A DNA stretch of 64,000 bases from Candidatus Hermodarchaeota archaeon (GCA_048885705.1 JBHLLJ010000001.1:8544-72543), one strand, 5' to 3'; shown: positions 1 to 10,189, counted from the stretch's first letter. The notes: generated from the letters alone by a model not told the origin. Numbers and translations are program-made.

Positions 1-644
1 TCAGTCCTATCTTTATATTCAGGTGGTACTGCATGTGCTCCTAAAAATGTTGGAATTATATCTATAGGGTGGTCTTCATCTAAAATTTGGATAGCCTCCA
101 ATTGTTTAATTTCGCTTTCTGTTGTTAATCCATAACCCGATTTCGTTTCTATGGTAGTTGTACCGTATGAAATCATTTTATCTAAGATTTTCTTTCCATT
201 TTGAACTAATTTCTCTATTGATGCACTTCTAGTTTCTCGAACAGTCTTTAAAATTCCTCCTCCCAATGCTAAAATTTCAAGGTATGTCTTTCCTTCAAGT
301 TTCATTGATAATTCATTTTCTCGTGAACCTTCAAAAATTATATGAGTATGGGGATCAACAAACCCAGGGGTAACTAACTTATTTGTAGCATCAATTTTTG
401 TAGGGATCTTGCCAAATTCAAATTTTGATAAGAGTTCATCTGTAGTTCCTATAAAAATAATCCGATCATCCTTTACAGCAATAGCTCCATCATTAATAAT
501 ATCTAATTCAGACATATCTTCACCTATTCTGGGTGCACCATATTTGGTATTCATTGTTAAAAGTTCATTAGAGTGAAAGATAACTAAATCTGGTTCAACT
601 TCTGAGAATAATTCCTTTTTTGAATATGTAGAGGCTACAAACAA
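1..644 (-). CDS. hutI: imidazolonepropionase (HutI), C-terminus cut by window edge
   Basis: Not in the ORF track because it runs off the edge. My reverse-strand translation reads ...EPDLVIFHSNELLTM...KLVTPGFVDPHTHIIFEGSRENELSMKLEGKTYLEILALGGGILKTVRETR...MISYGTTTIETKSGYGL...IPTFLGAHAVPPEY. This is the amidohydrolase-fold HutI pattern, including the DPHTH metal site. It opens directly after the hutH stop (651-653). There is no in-frame ATG near the 5' end; start candidates are TTG 644-642 or ATT 650-648. Confidence 0.8.
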   Translation of the reverse strand, partial: MFVASTYSKKELFSEVEPDLVIFHSNELLTMNTKYGAPRIGEDMSELDIINDGAIAVKDDRIIFIGTTDELLSKFEFGKIPTKIDATNKLVTPGFVDPHTHIIFEGSRENELSMKLEGKTYLEILALGGGILKTVRETRSASIEKLVQNGKKILDKMISYGTTTIETKSGYGLTTESEIKQLEAIQILDEDHPIDIIPTFLGAHAVPPEYKDRT

Positions 645-650
645 TTTAAT

Positions 651-2180
651 TCAACTCAATCTTTTTTCTATAATTTTTAATAGTTGTTTACTTCTGATGA
701 TTTCTAATGCTGATTTAATATGAACAGATAACACTGTATCTTCAACTATATGAGGAATTTTAGTTCTCACATGTTTATGTACTTCTTCTATAATTACACT
801 AGATTTCAAGGGTTTTCTAAAATCAAAAGCTTGGGAAGCACAAAGAAGTTCAATGGCAAGAATTTTTTCAAGATTAGTTATAATTTTAAGAGCTTTTCTT
901 GCGCTAAAGGGTGCCATACTAACATGATCTTCTTGTCCAGCACCTGTGGGAATACTATCAGCACTCGAAGGGAAACAAAGCGATTTATTTTCACTAGTCA
1001 GAGCTGCTGATGTATATTGTGTTAACATAAATCCAGAGTTTAAACCAGCTTTTATTATTAAATTTGAAGGTAATCCCCATTTTCCTTCAAGTAATAAGAA
1101 AATACGACGATCCGAAATATTACCTAGCTCAGATGCAGCTAAACTTATATAATCTAATGGTAAAGCAAGAGGTTGCCCATGAAAATTACCTCCACTATAT
1201 ATTTCATTTTCACTGAAAATAATAGGATTATCTGTGACTGAATTAAGTTCACACTCTAATTTTTCATTTAAATGTAACAAAGCATCCCTAGAAGCTCCGT
1301 GAACTTGGGGGATGCATCGAATAGAATAGGGATCTTGTACACGTTCACATTCTTTATGGGATTCAATTAATTCGGAATTCTCAAGAAATTTTCTCATCCT
1401 TTTAGCAACAATCAATGCCCCAGTATGTGGTCTTAATTTTATTAGCTTCTCGACAAATGGTTGAGCTGAGGCTAAATAGCTTTCAAGAGTAAGGGCCCCA
1501 ATTAGATCAGCATGATCTAAACAAATTGAGAATTTTTCTGATAGTTTTATAGCATGAGCAGAGATAAATTGCGTCCCATTAATTAAAGCTATGCCTTCTT
1601 TTGCTTGAAGCTCTAATGGTGTTAGATTATTTTCTTCTAAAACTTTTTTTGTAGGTACATATAATTTATTATCGTGAGTTAAAAATCCTAATCCTATTAA
1701 AGGTAAGAAGAGATGTGCTAATGGCGCTAGATCTCCCGATGCTCCAACTGAGCCTTGTTTCGGAACTAATGGAATATAATTATTATCAATATGCCAACAA
1801 ATTCTTTCTACTACTTTTAGAGAAATTCCAGAATACCCCATACACAACGCATGAACTTTTAAAATAAGCATTAATTTTGAAATATCTGGGTCTATTGGAG
1901 AACCTACTCCAACACTATGACTTTTAAGAAGATTCTCCTGTAGAACTCCAGTCTCTTCCTTTGATATTTTGGTTGTACACAGAGATCCAAATCCAGTATT
2001 TATACTATAAACTAATTTCTCTCCTTTAACAATAGATTGAACAGCATTATAATTTGTAATTATTTTTTCTTTGACCTCGTTAGTTATAATTCCTTTTATA
2101 ATATCTCTTGATATATCTAAAGCTTTTTCTACCGTAAGTTTGTCTAATCCGTACTTAAATTCCTCTTTCATACAAACCAC
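651..2180 (-). CDS. hutH: histidine ammonia-lyase
   Basis: 509 aa. The MIO-forming Ala-Ser-Gly triad sits in GSVGASGDLAPLAHL. Length and overall pattern fit HAL. It lies between hutU and hutI on the same strand. Confidence 0.95.
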   Translation of the reverse strand: MVCMKEEFKYGLDKLTVEKALDISRDIIKGIITNEVKEKIITNYNAVQSIVKGEKLVYSINTGFGSLCTTKISKEETGVLQENLLKSHSVGVGSPIDPDISKLMLILKVHALCMGYSGISLKVVERICWHIDNNYIPLVPKQGSVGASGDLAPLAHLFLPLIGLGFLTHDNKLYVPTKKVLEENNLTPLELQAKEGIALINGTQFISAHAIKLSEKFSICLDHADLIGALTLESYLASAQPFVEKLIKLRPHTGALIVAKRMRKFLENSELIESHKECERVQDPYSIRCIPQVHGASRDALLHLNEKLECELNSVTDNPIIFSENEIYSGGNFHGQPLALPLDYISLAASELGNISDRRIFLLLEGKWGLPSNLIIKAGLNSGFMLTQYTSAALTSENKSLCFPSSADSIPTGAGQEDHVSMAPFSARKALKIITNLEKILAIELLCASQAFDFRKPLKSSVIIEEVHKHVRTKIPHIVEDTVLSVHIKSALEIIRSKQLLKIIEKRLS

Positions 2181-2244
2181 TCTTAATTTTTATAGTTCAA
2201 GCTTAAAAGTAAAATTTCCTTCAAATAAGAATTTTTTAAAAAAT

Positions 2245-4281
2245 TTAAATCGAATTATTTTTATTTGAATTTTTTAGATAATTATCTACAATATCTACCA
2301 AAAGGTTATCATCTGCTAAAAATGGTAAGGTTAGGTGTCCTTTATTTTCATTTTCTATATTCCAATTATATGCAGTTTCTAAAGCATTGTTATTCCTAGC
2401 CCAACTCCTTCTTGCTATGCCTCCCATTACATCCCATTCAATAGCTGATTCAATAATTAAGTCTACTCTCTTAGAGCCATCTAAAACTAATCCAAATCCT
2501 CCATTAAAACATTTTCCAATCCCAACCCCACCTCCGTTTGATAGAACTACATATGTCATTCCTCGAACAGCATTTCCAGTAAAACAATGAATAGCCATTT
2601 CAGCCATTACATTACTCCCATCTCTAATATTTGATGTTTCTCTAAAGGGTGAGTCTGTCCCAGATACATCATGATGATCTCTACCTAACATTATTGGTCC
2701 AATTTCACCTTTCTTTACTAAATTATTAAATTTTAAGGCGATATTAATACGTTCTTTAGCATCAGCATATAAAATTCTAGCTTTTGTCCCAACAACTAAT
2801 CTATTCTTCTTAGCATCTCGTATCCAAAAATAATTATCTCGATCTTGAGCCCTTCTTTCTGGGTCAATACAACTCATTGCTGCTTGATCTGTTTTATCTA
2901 GATCCTCTTCTTTTCCTGAAAGACAAACCCATCTAAATGGACCATATCCATAATCAAAGCAAATCGGTCCCATAAAGTCTTCAACATATGAAGGAAAAAT
3001 GAACCCTTCTGACAGATCCTTGCCATTCTTAGCAATATCTTTACATCCTGTATCAAATACAGCTTTCATAAAAGAATTCCCATAATCCCAAAAATATGTC
3101 CCTTTTTTTCTCATAATATTAATAAGCCGGAACTGTTCCTCCAAAGATTTATCAACAAGCTTTCTAAACCTTTCAATATTAGATTCAATTAATTCTCTAC
3201 CCTCTTTAAAGCTGATTTGATAAGGAGTATAACCACCTTCATACACTGCATGACAAGAGGTTTGATCTGAGGCAAGTTCTACATGGATATCATTTTCAAC
3301 TACATATTTCCATAAATTAACAACATTTCCAATGTAAGCTATTGATAAAGGTCTTTTTAATGCCCTAGCATCATCCACCCATTTAAAAATTTCCTCTAAA
3401 TCATCAGAGATTCGAGAAACCCATCCTTGTTCATGTCTGGTTTTAATCCTTGATTCATCAACTTCTGCAATTACACCTATTCCTCCTGCTATTTCTATTG
3501 CTTTAGCTTGCGCTCCACTCATACCACCTAGTCCAGAAGATATATATAAAACACCACTCAAATCTTTATCTTGAGGGATATTTAGATATAATCTACCTGC
3601 ATTTAATAGGGTAATATAGGTACCATGAACAATACCTTGAGGTCCAATATACATCCAACCTCCAGCAGTCATTTGACCATAATTAGCGACACCGAGGGCT
3701 GCAGCAATCGAAAAATCGTTTGAATTATCGAATATACCTACCATCAATCCGTTAGTCGAGATCACTCTTGGAGCGTTAGGCGATGATGGAAAGAGCCCAA
3801 CTGGATGACCTGAAGCTATAACAAGAGTTTGCGTTTCATTTAACAATTCAAGATATTTTTTAACTAATCGATATTGCATCCAATTTTGGAAAACTTGTCC
3901 GCTTTCTCCATATGTCACCAATTCATAAGGATAGAGTGCCACTTCGAAATCTAGATTATTATCAATCATTACCTGTAGAGCTTTACCCTCAAGAGTATTT
4001 CCTTTATAATCATTAATTGGCTTTCCTTTTATATTACCTTCAGGTCTATATCTATAACCGTAAATTCTTCCTCTGGATAACAATTCTTCCATAAATTCAG
4101 GAGCCAATTTTTCATGTAAGGAGTTAGGGAGATATCTTAAAGCATTTTTTAACGCTAACTTCGCTTGAGTAGGAGTTAAGTTAAAACCTCTAGATGGTGC
4201 TCTTCTAATATTTTCAACAAATTTAGGATAATTTGGTAGCTCTTCTGATAATTTTATTTTCATAGCTTTCGAAATATTCAT
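2245..4281 (-). CDS. hutU: urocanate hydratase (long form, 678 aa)
   Basis: Urocanase hallmarks are present: SSGLGGMSGAQAKA (NAD site region), ASDQTSCHAVYEGGYTP and MLGRDHHDVSGTDSPFRETSN. It lies 64 bp upstream of hutH on the same strand. Confidence 0.95.
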   Translation of the reverse strand: MNISKAMKIKLSEELPNYPKFVENIRRAPSRGFNLTPTQAKLALKNALRYLPNSLHEKLAPEFMEELLSRGRIYGYRYRPEGNIKGKPINDYKGNTLEGKALQVMIDNNLDFEVALYPYELVTYGESGQVFQNWMQYRLVKKYLELLNETQTLVIASGHPVGLFPSSPNAPRVISTNGLMVGIFDNSNDFSIAAALGVANYGQMTAGGWMYIGPQGIVHGTYITLLNAGRLYLNIPQDKDLSGVLYISSGLGGMSGAQAKAIEIAGGIGVIAEVDESRIKTRHEQGWVSRISDDLEEIFKWVDDARALKRPLSIAYIGNVVNLWKYVVENDIHVELASDQTSCHAVYEGGYTPYQISFKEGRELIESNIERFRKLVDKSLEEQFRLINIMRKKGTYFWDYGNSFMKAVFDTGCKDIAKNGKDLSEGFIFPSYVEDFMGPICFDYGYGPFRWVCLSGKEEDLDKTDQAAMSCIDPERRAQDRDNYFWIRDAKKNRLVVGTKARILYADAKERINIALKFNNLVKKGEIGPIMLGRDHHDVSGTDSPFRETSNIRDGSNVMAEMAIHCFTGNAVRGMTYVVLSNGGGVGIGKCFNGGFGLVLDGSKRVDLIIESAIEWDVMGGIARRSWARNNNALETAYNWNIENENKGHLTLPFLADDNLLVDIVDNYLKNSNKNNSI

Positions 4282-4387
4282 AGTTTAATCTAACTCCATT
4301 TAATATATAAATAATATTATTTTGGAGTTACTACTCTTTGAATTTAGTTGTCACTATTTATCTAACGATTGGTTAATTCAGGTTTGC

Positions 4388-6127
4388 TTATTTAAGTATT
4401 TTAATACCACGAAGCTCCAATTTATGTAGAAAATCTAAATATCCTTTAAGATTGTTTTTCTCAATATTTAGGTATTGAAGAGAAGGTAAAGATTCCAAAG
4501 ATTCTGGAAGATCGGTTAAATAATTCGATCTTAAAAACAAATACTTTAACTTTTTAAGTCTTCCTATTGAGATTGGAAGACTTGATAATTTATTGTTACC
4601 TAAGTATAAATACTTTAAAGATTGTAATGAGCCTATTGATTCTGGTATATCTTCTAATTCATTATAATATAAGTATAAATGTTTAAGGGAAGTTAGAGAG
4701 CCTATAGTTTCTGGTACTTCTATTAAATGATTTTTTCCTAAATCCAATACTTCAAGAGTGGTAAGAAAACCTAAAGATTTAGGAATTGAATTTAGCTTAT
4801 TAAAACCAAGAATAAGATTTTTTATTGAAGGAAGAGCTCCTATTGAGGGAGGAATCATTTCTAACTTGTTTGTGGAAATATCTAGTTCTATTAATGATTC
4901 TAATGACCCTATTGATTCGGGAAGCTTTTTTAAATTATTTTTGCTTAAATCTAATATTTCCAGAGAAGAAAGTGAGCCTATTGATTGAGGGAGATATTTA
5001 ATTTGATTATCATATAAACTTAACTCACGAAGAGATTTTAGATGGCCAATTGCTTCAGGTAATTCGACTATATTATTAATACTAATTCTTAAAATCTGAA
5101 GATTTTTAAGATTACCAATGGTTTCTGGAATGTGGATTAAATTATTACGGTCACACCTTAATATTGTAAGTGATGAAAGTTCTCCAATCGAATCTGGTAA
5201 CTTTTCTAATTTATTATCAGAAATTTCAAGTCTTAATAGTGATTTAAGAGATCCTATTGAATTAGGAATCTCTACTAAATTATTCGATGAAATACTCAGA
5301 TTTTCTAAAAGAGAAAGAAAACCAATACTCTCAGGAAGGGAAGTTAATTTATTTGAAGTTAAACCTAAATAAATTAAATTTTTAAACTTTCCTATGGATT
5401 CTGGTAACTTGGTAAGAATATTGCCTTTCAAAAATAATGATGTTAATGATGATAAATTTCCGATTGAATTAGGGAGCATCTCTATTCTATTATTTCTTAA
5501 ATTCAATCTTTTTAATGATTCTAATTCAGAGAGAGAATCTGGAAGGGAGATTAATCTATTATTGCCTAGAAAAAGTATTTCTAACGACTTTAGAGTTCCT
5601 ATTGAATCAGGTAATTTTTCAATTTTATTACCACTAAGATCCAAAGTCTTAAGGCTTTCCATTTCTCCTATTGAGATTGGAACACTTTTAAGGGCATTTT
5701 CACTTAGATCCAAGGTTTCTAAAAATTTAAGAGAACCAATAGTTTCTGGTAAATGACTTAACTGATTCGATTCTAAATGTAGTTCCTTAAGTGAAGAAAG
5801 TAAATTTATAGATTGAGGTAATTCTGTTAATTGATTTTCACTTATGTCTAAAATCTCTAGATTTGGAAGTGAAAAAAGTTCTTCTGTAATGGTTTCTAAA
5901 TTATTACCTCGGATAAAAATATTCTTTAATGATGTAAATAAATTAATTTCTTTTGGGATCGTTGATAATCCACAAGAAAAGAGATTTAATCCTGTTATAT
6001 GGCCATCTTCTACATAATAACCGAGTGAGTATCGCTCTAAGTGAGAAATTTCTGAAATTGATTCGCCTATTTGCCTTTTTAAAATTTCCAATGCTTCCAA
6101 TTCATTTTCTGAAATATTCATTTTCAT
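4388..6127 (-). CDS. leucine-rich repeat protein: 22 consecutive 23-residue LRRs, no other recognisable domain
   Basis: 579 aa. Residues 47-552 parse without any indel into 22 units of consensus LxLxxNxLxxLPxSIGxLxxLxx. A 46 aa N-terminal cap and a 27 aa C-terminal cap flank them. No signal peptide or TM segment is visible. Confidence 0.9.
   Translation of the reverse strand: MKMNISENELEALEILKRQIGESISEISHLERYSLGYYVEDGHITGLNLFSCGLSTIPKEINLFTSLKNIFIRGNNLETITEELFSLPNLEILDISENQLTELPQSINLLSSLKELHLESNQLSHLPETIGSLKFLETLDLSENALKSVPISIGEMESLKTLDLSGNKIEKLPDSIGTLKSLEILFLGNNRLISLPDSLSELESLKRLNLRNNRIEMLPNSIGNLSSLTSLFLKGNILTKLPESIGKFKNLIYLGLTSNKLTSLPESIGFLSLLENLSISSNNLVEIPNSIGSLKSLLRLEISDNKLEKLPDSIGELSSLTILRCDRNNLIHIPETIGNLKNLQILRISINNIVELPEAIGHLKSLRELSLYDNQIKYLPQSIGSLSSLEILDLSKNNLKKLPESIGSLESLIELDISTNKLEMIPPSIGALPSIKNLILGFNKLNSIPKSLGFLTTLEVLDLGKNHLIEVPETIGSLTSLKHLYLYYNELEDIPESIGSLQSLKYLYLGNNKLSSLPISIGRLKKLKYLFLRSNYLTDLPESLESLPSLQYLNIEKNNLKGYLDFLHKLELRGIKILK
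4472..5989 (-). repeat. coding tandem repeat, 69-bp period x22 (LRR array)
   Basis: This is the DNA counterpart of the 22 x 23-aa LRR units. The periodicity also produces the spurious plus-strand ORFs at 4758-4988, 5118-5372 and 5394-5756. Confidence 0.85.
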
Positions 6128-6280
6128 AATTTTTGTATTAATATTATTCTAGAAATATTATCAAGTATAATTTAAAAAAATAATATAATCTAGTAATATT
6201 AATGTTTATTGGATATGAAATTAGATCATATGAAAAAATTGAATTTAAGAATAAAAAAATAAATAGTTAAAAAATTCGAA

Positions 6281-7483
6281 TCAAAAATCAATATCTTTTC
6301 CCTCATAAGCATAGGTGTATAGTCTTGAAAAATCATCCTTACTAGGACTTCTAGGTGCCATTACACCACTTGGATCTTGATAACATAGGGAAATTAAAGG
6401 ACTCAAGTTCTTTTCAAAATTATCCCTTTCAATTCCTAAATTTTTGAGACTTGTAGTAAAATTTACAGATTTTTGAAGTTCCCTTACCTTTTCTACAACG
6501 GTATTAGCAGCTTTCTTATCATCATCACTCCAATTAGCCCATCCCAACTGTTTTGCTAATCTTGAATATAAAATGATTGATTCATTTGTTTCACCTGGAG
6601 CGTTCAAACAATATTGTAAAACATATGGTAAAAAAAGACCTACTAAACTTCCATGTGGGATTGGAAAAACTGCTGCAAAACTATGTCCCAATGCGTGCCC
6701 AATATGAAGTTGAGAATTACTGAATGCTATTCCTGCCATACTTGCTGCTTGGTGTAAAGAATCCCTAGCTTCCATATTATTCCCATCCTTATAAGCAATA
6801 GGGAGATATTTAAAGATTAGTTCTATTGCTTTAGGTATTAATGCATTGCTAAATTCATTCCTCCAAGCAGAAATATAACCTTCCAAAGCGTGCGCTAAAG
6901 CATCAAATGCTGTGCTAACAGTTAATTTTGCAGGCATTCCTTTAGGAAAAACTGGATCTAAAATCGCATATGTTGGAACTAAGGATTCATGGGCAAAAGA
7001 CCCTTTTCTCCAGACATCGTTTTCATATTTAGAAATAATTGCTGCCCATGTTGTTTCTGATCCTGTTCCAGAAGTAGTAGGAATTGCTATAAATTTTGCT
7101 TTCTTAGCAAAATCAAATAATTTAGGATTGTTAAAATTTATATCATCAAGGGTGAAGTTATGATATTCATACATTGCCCAAATAACTTTAGCGGTGTCTA
7201 TCACTGAGCCTCCTCCTAATGCAACAATTAAATCTGGAGCATATTTAATACATTTCTCCTTTCCCTTCATTACATCTTCTTCATGAGGATCCGGTATTAC
7301 GTCTTTAAATACAATGAATTCTTTTCCAAATTTTTTTAGAGTATCAGTAAGGATTTTTAAAAATCCTAATTCGTCTATAATATTATCAGTCACTATAAAA
7401 CATTTTTTTCCAATTATATTTTCAAGAGCTGCTAAAGAACCTTCACCATAAAATACTTTTGGACTAAAAAAGTGCCACATCAT
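6281..7483 (-). CDS. iron-containing (group III) alcohol dehydrogenase
   Basis: 400 aa. Contains the GGGSVIDTAK nucleotide-binding motif and the metal-binding His cluster HIGHALGHSF. The length is typical of Fe-ADH. Confidence 0.9.
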   Translation of the reverse strand: MMWHFFSPKVFYGEGSLAALENIIGKKCFIVTDNIIDELGFLKILTDTLKKFGKEFIVFKDVIPDPHEEDVMKGKEKCIKYAPDLIVALGGGSVIDTAKVIWAMYEYHNFTLDDINFNNPKLFDFAKKAKFIAIPTTSGTGSETTWAAIISKYENDVWRKGSFAHESLVPTYAILDPVFPKGMPAKLTVSTAFDALAHALEGYISAWRNEFSNALIPKAIELIFKYLPIAYKDGNNMEARDSLHQAASMAGIAFSNSQLHIGHALGHSFAAVFPIPHGSLVGLFLPYVLQYCLNAPGETNESIILYSRLAKQLGWANWSDDDKKAANTVVEKVRELQKSVNFTTSLKNLGIERDNFEKNLSPLISLCYQDPSGVMAPRSPSKDDFSRLYTYAYEGKDIDF

Positions 7484-7651
7484 TATGTCCTACCTTCAAT
7501 TTCACCATTCTTATTTGCAATTTATTAAATTAATTTAATTTGTTAATAATACTTATGATTTTATTAAATTTTATATTTAAATTAAATACAAATTTATAAT
7601 ATACAAGTTTCATTTTAAAATAATAAGGAAATTAAGGACGATGATTATATT

Positions 7652-8059
7652 ATGGAAGAATCAGAACAAGACAACTTATTTACAACATTTCAGCAAACTA
7701 TCGAAAGTGTAATAAAGGAAAAGCGAGAAAATCCTAAGAATAAAAAGTTGCTAGATAAATTCAATGCTCGAATAATTATTGGTTTACAAATCGAAGAGGA
7801 TTATTATTTTTGGGTCAATTTAATAGCAAAAGATGGAAATTATTCGTTGGGGAAAGGGAAATTAGATGATTATGATTTAGAACTTAGAGCAGCCCCTGAA
7901 GATTTAGTTTTTTTTGTAAATGGAGAGAATTCAGTTCTTAATATGATGTTTAAAAAAAGTCAATTTGGAGTTAAGAAATTAAGATTCTCAAAAGGTTCAA
8001 CGGGAAAACGCAACTTGGGGGTTTTATTAAAGCTTTCGAAAATTCTCGTTTTAGATTAA
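7652..8059 (+). CDS. SCP2 (sterol-carrier-protein-2)-like small protein
   Basis: 135 aa. The pattern ...ARIIIGLQIEEDYYFWVNLIAKDGNYSLGKGKLDDYDLELRAAPEDLVFFVNGE...KKLRFSKG resembles the SCP2 fold layout. The assignment is by eye only. Confidence 0.5.
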   Translation: MEESEQDNLFTTFQQTIESVIKEKRENPKNKKLLDKFNARIIIGLQIEEDYYFWVNLIAKDGNYSLGKGKLDDYDLELRAAPEDLVFFVNGENSVLNMMFKKSQFGVKKLRFSKGSTGKRNLGVLLKLSKILVLD

Positions 8060-8075
8060 ATTATTTTTTCAACAT

Positions 8076-8708
8076 TTAATTATTTTTTTTGTAAATTTGG
8101 TTATCTTTAAAGACAAAATTAGATTTTGAAGTTTCTATTTCTCTTGTTTGTTTATTAACTTGGAAAAGATTTATGATTATATCCTTATTTTTATTATCTA
8201 TATATAATTCAGCAAAAGAAGGGATTCCACTTGAAATAAAAGACCAAGCGCCAGTACAACTCCCAGGATTTATTAAAAGAATTCCTTTTTTCGTTAAAAA
8301 AATATCCTCCTTGTGTGTATGACCTGATACTAAAATGTTATAACATCTTTCTTGAGCTAAAATATCTAATTGATCATGATCTCCTCGAGGACTTATTTGT
8401 GCTCCATGTGTTAAACCTAAGTTAATTTTGTCTTTATCTTCAAAATATATTTCTAGCTTTTGATAATTAGGTGAATCACGATTTCCATAATAATAATCCA
8501 TATTTCCCGTTACTTTAAATAAAGTTCCCTTTGTTTTCTTGTTCAAGAAATCAATTAATTTTGGGAAATTAATTAAATCCCCTGTGAAAAAAGTATAATG
8601 AAAAAACTCGTACTTTGTCAATTCATTTATTTTATTATATATTTGGATAGATATATCTTGCGCACGAATAGGTACATGAGAATCTCCTATGCATAGTATT
8701 CGAACCAT
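8076..8708 (-). CDS. metallophosphoesterase, YfcE/MJ0936-type
   Basis: 210 aa. Calcineurin-like phosphoesterase motifs appear in order: GDSH, GDL, GNMD, (L)THG, GHTH. Confidence 0.85.
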   Translation of the reverse strand: MVRILCIGDSHVPIRAQDISIQIYNKINELTKYEFFHYTFFTGDLINFPKLIDFLNKKTKGTLFKVTGNMDYYYGNRDSPNYQKLEIYFEDKDKINLGLTHGAQISPRGDHDQLDILAQERCYNILVSGHTHKEDIFLTKKGILLINPGSCTGAWSFISSGIPSFAELYIDNKNKDIIINLFQVNKQTREIETSKSNFVFKDNQIYKKNN

Positions 8709-8716
8709 AATAATTT

Positions 8717-10189
8717 TTAATTAATTTTTAAGTTTTTTGAATTTTGGATTAAAATATAGAAATTTTTAATCATATCTTCCAAACTTGGAAACGTAGGTAC
8801 ATTGTGATTAGCCATATATAGAGATACACGTTCAACCTCTTTAATTTCACCAATTAACCAGAAAAATATTGGTTTAGTAGATTGTTTGACTTTTTCAACT
8901 ACTTTTATGTAGTTAATAGAACTTCTAAATTGCTTTGAACAGAACATCATATTAAGTATCCCTTCTATTTTATCATCTTCTAATAAAAGTTCATAGACAG
9001 AAATCATAAGTTCTGCGGGATTCATATTATTCATCATAGCTTTTTCCATTGCTGGCCAAAAATCTATGAGGGCAAATCGATTAGGGGGCATCCATTCAGG
9101 AAATATTTCTACTAGTCTATGATATAATTTTTCTCCAAAAATAGGAAACTTTAAACCATACTCATCTGTAATATCGGCAACAATTGTACCTGCACCACCA
9201 GATCCAGTAATTAAAGAAATATTGCCTACCTTTGGCATTTCCTTTTTTTCTTTATACATCATTGAAAACGTACGAGAAAATTGAAATAATTCATGGAAAC
9301 TTTTAGCCTGAATTACTCCAGATTGCTTTATTATTGCTTTAGTCAATTGAGAATTTTCGGCTAATGCACCTGTGTGGCTTGAAGTAGCTTTTTGACCCTG
9401 TAGAGTTATGCCTCCCTTAACAAAGACTATTGTTTTGTTGGGATATTCTCTTGCTTTCCTACATAGTTCGATAAATCTTCTTGGATCCTTAAATGATTCA
9501 AGATACACAGCGATAACATTTACAGAAGAATCTTCTAGAAAATATTCTAAAAATTCAAGTTCACTTAAATCCATTTTATTTCCGATTGAACATGAATATC
9601 TTATACCCAAATCAGGATATTTTTCCATCATATACATTAAAAAGCCACCATTTAACATCCCTGATTGACTGATTATAGCAATGTTGCCAGTTTTATATTT
9701 GGAAAAAACCGCAAAACTAGTGAAAAATCCACCCCTATTGTCAGAATTACTATCTCCATCAATCCGAGAAAGTCCCATACAGTTAGGCCCTAAAATATGG
9801 AATTTTGAGAAATTGTCTGTGATTTTTAATATCTGGTCTCTTAACTCAAGACCTTTTGTACCTACTTCTTCAAATCCAGAAGCCTCAATAATAGCACCTT
9901 TAATTCCTTTTTGAACGCATTCCTTTAATGTAGGAGGAATTTTTCGATTTGGAATATAAAAAACAGCGAGATCCACTTCTTCTTCAATATCCAAAACTGA
10001 TTTTTTAAATTTTAATCCAAATAATTCTCCTTCTGAGCTAGGATTTACAGGATATATTTTACCCTTGAAATTGTTTGTAACAAGATTGGCGACAATTCGG
10101 TGCCCTCCTTTTGCTGGATTTTTTGATGCCCCAATGACAGCAACAGATTTGGGATTTAAAAATAAATCAATTATTTCCTTGCTAAGCAA
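8717..10189 (-). CDS. NDP-forming acyl-CoA synthetase alpha subunit (CoA-binding / phosphohistidine domains)
   Basis: 490 aa. Contains the N-terminal CoA-binding motif VAVIGASKNPAKGGHRIV, ILGPNCMG, and the phospho-His loop SSHTGALAE. No ATP-grasp beta subunit is adjacent. Confidence 0.8.
   Translation of the reverse strand: MLSKEIIDLFLNPKSVAVIGASKNPAKGGHRIVANLVTNNFKGKIYPVNPSSEGELFGLKFKKSVLDIEEEVDLAVFYIPNRKIPPTLKECVQKGIKGAIIEASGFEEVGTKGLELRDQILKITDNFSKFHILGPNCMGLSRIDGDSNSDNRGGFFTSFAVFSKYKTGNIAIISQSGMLNGGFLMYMMEKYPDLGIRYSCSIGNKMDLSELEFLEYFLEDSSVNVIAVYLESFKDPRRFIELCRKAREYPNKTIVFVKGGITLQGQKATSSHTGALAENSQLTKAIIKQSGVIQAKSFHELFQFSRTFSMMYKEKKEMPKVGNISLITGSGGAGTIVADITDEYGLKFPIFGEKLYHRLVEIFPEWMPPNRFALIDFWPAMEKAMMNNMNPAELMISVYELLLEDDKIEGILNMMFCSKQFRSSINYIKVVEKVKQSTKPIFFWLIGEIKEVERVSLYMANHNVPTFPSLEDMIKNFYILIQNSKNLKIN

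Noticed and set aside
4758-5756. Three plus-strand ORFs (4758-4988, 5118-5372, 5394-5756) with repetitive translations (…PIESGNFS…, …PIELG…).
   Set aside because: They are antisense to the LRR gene and simply mirror its 69-bp periodicity. The minus-strand LRR reading is far better supported.
4472-5989. A regular 69-bp repeat array that at first glance could suggest a CRISPR-like or satellite array.
   Set aside because: It has no unique spacers. The whole array is one continuous ORF encoding canonical 23-residue LRRs.
8076-8708. The idea that the metallophosphoesterase is a Vps29 (retromer)-like eukaryotic signature protein.
   Set aside because: The motif order GDSH/GDL/GNMD/GHTH is generic for the YfcE/MJ0936 family, which is common in archaea. 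Nothing in the sequence specifically supports a Vps29 assignment.
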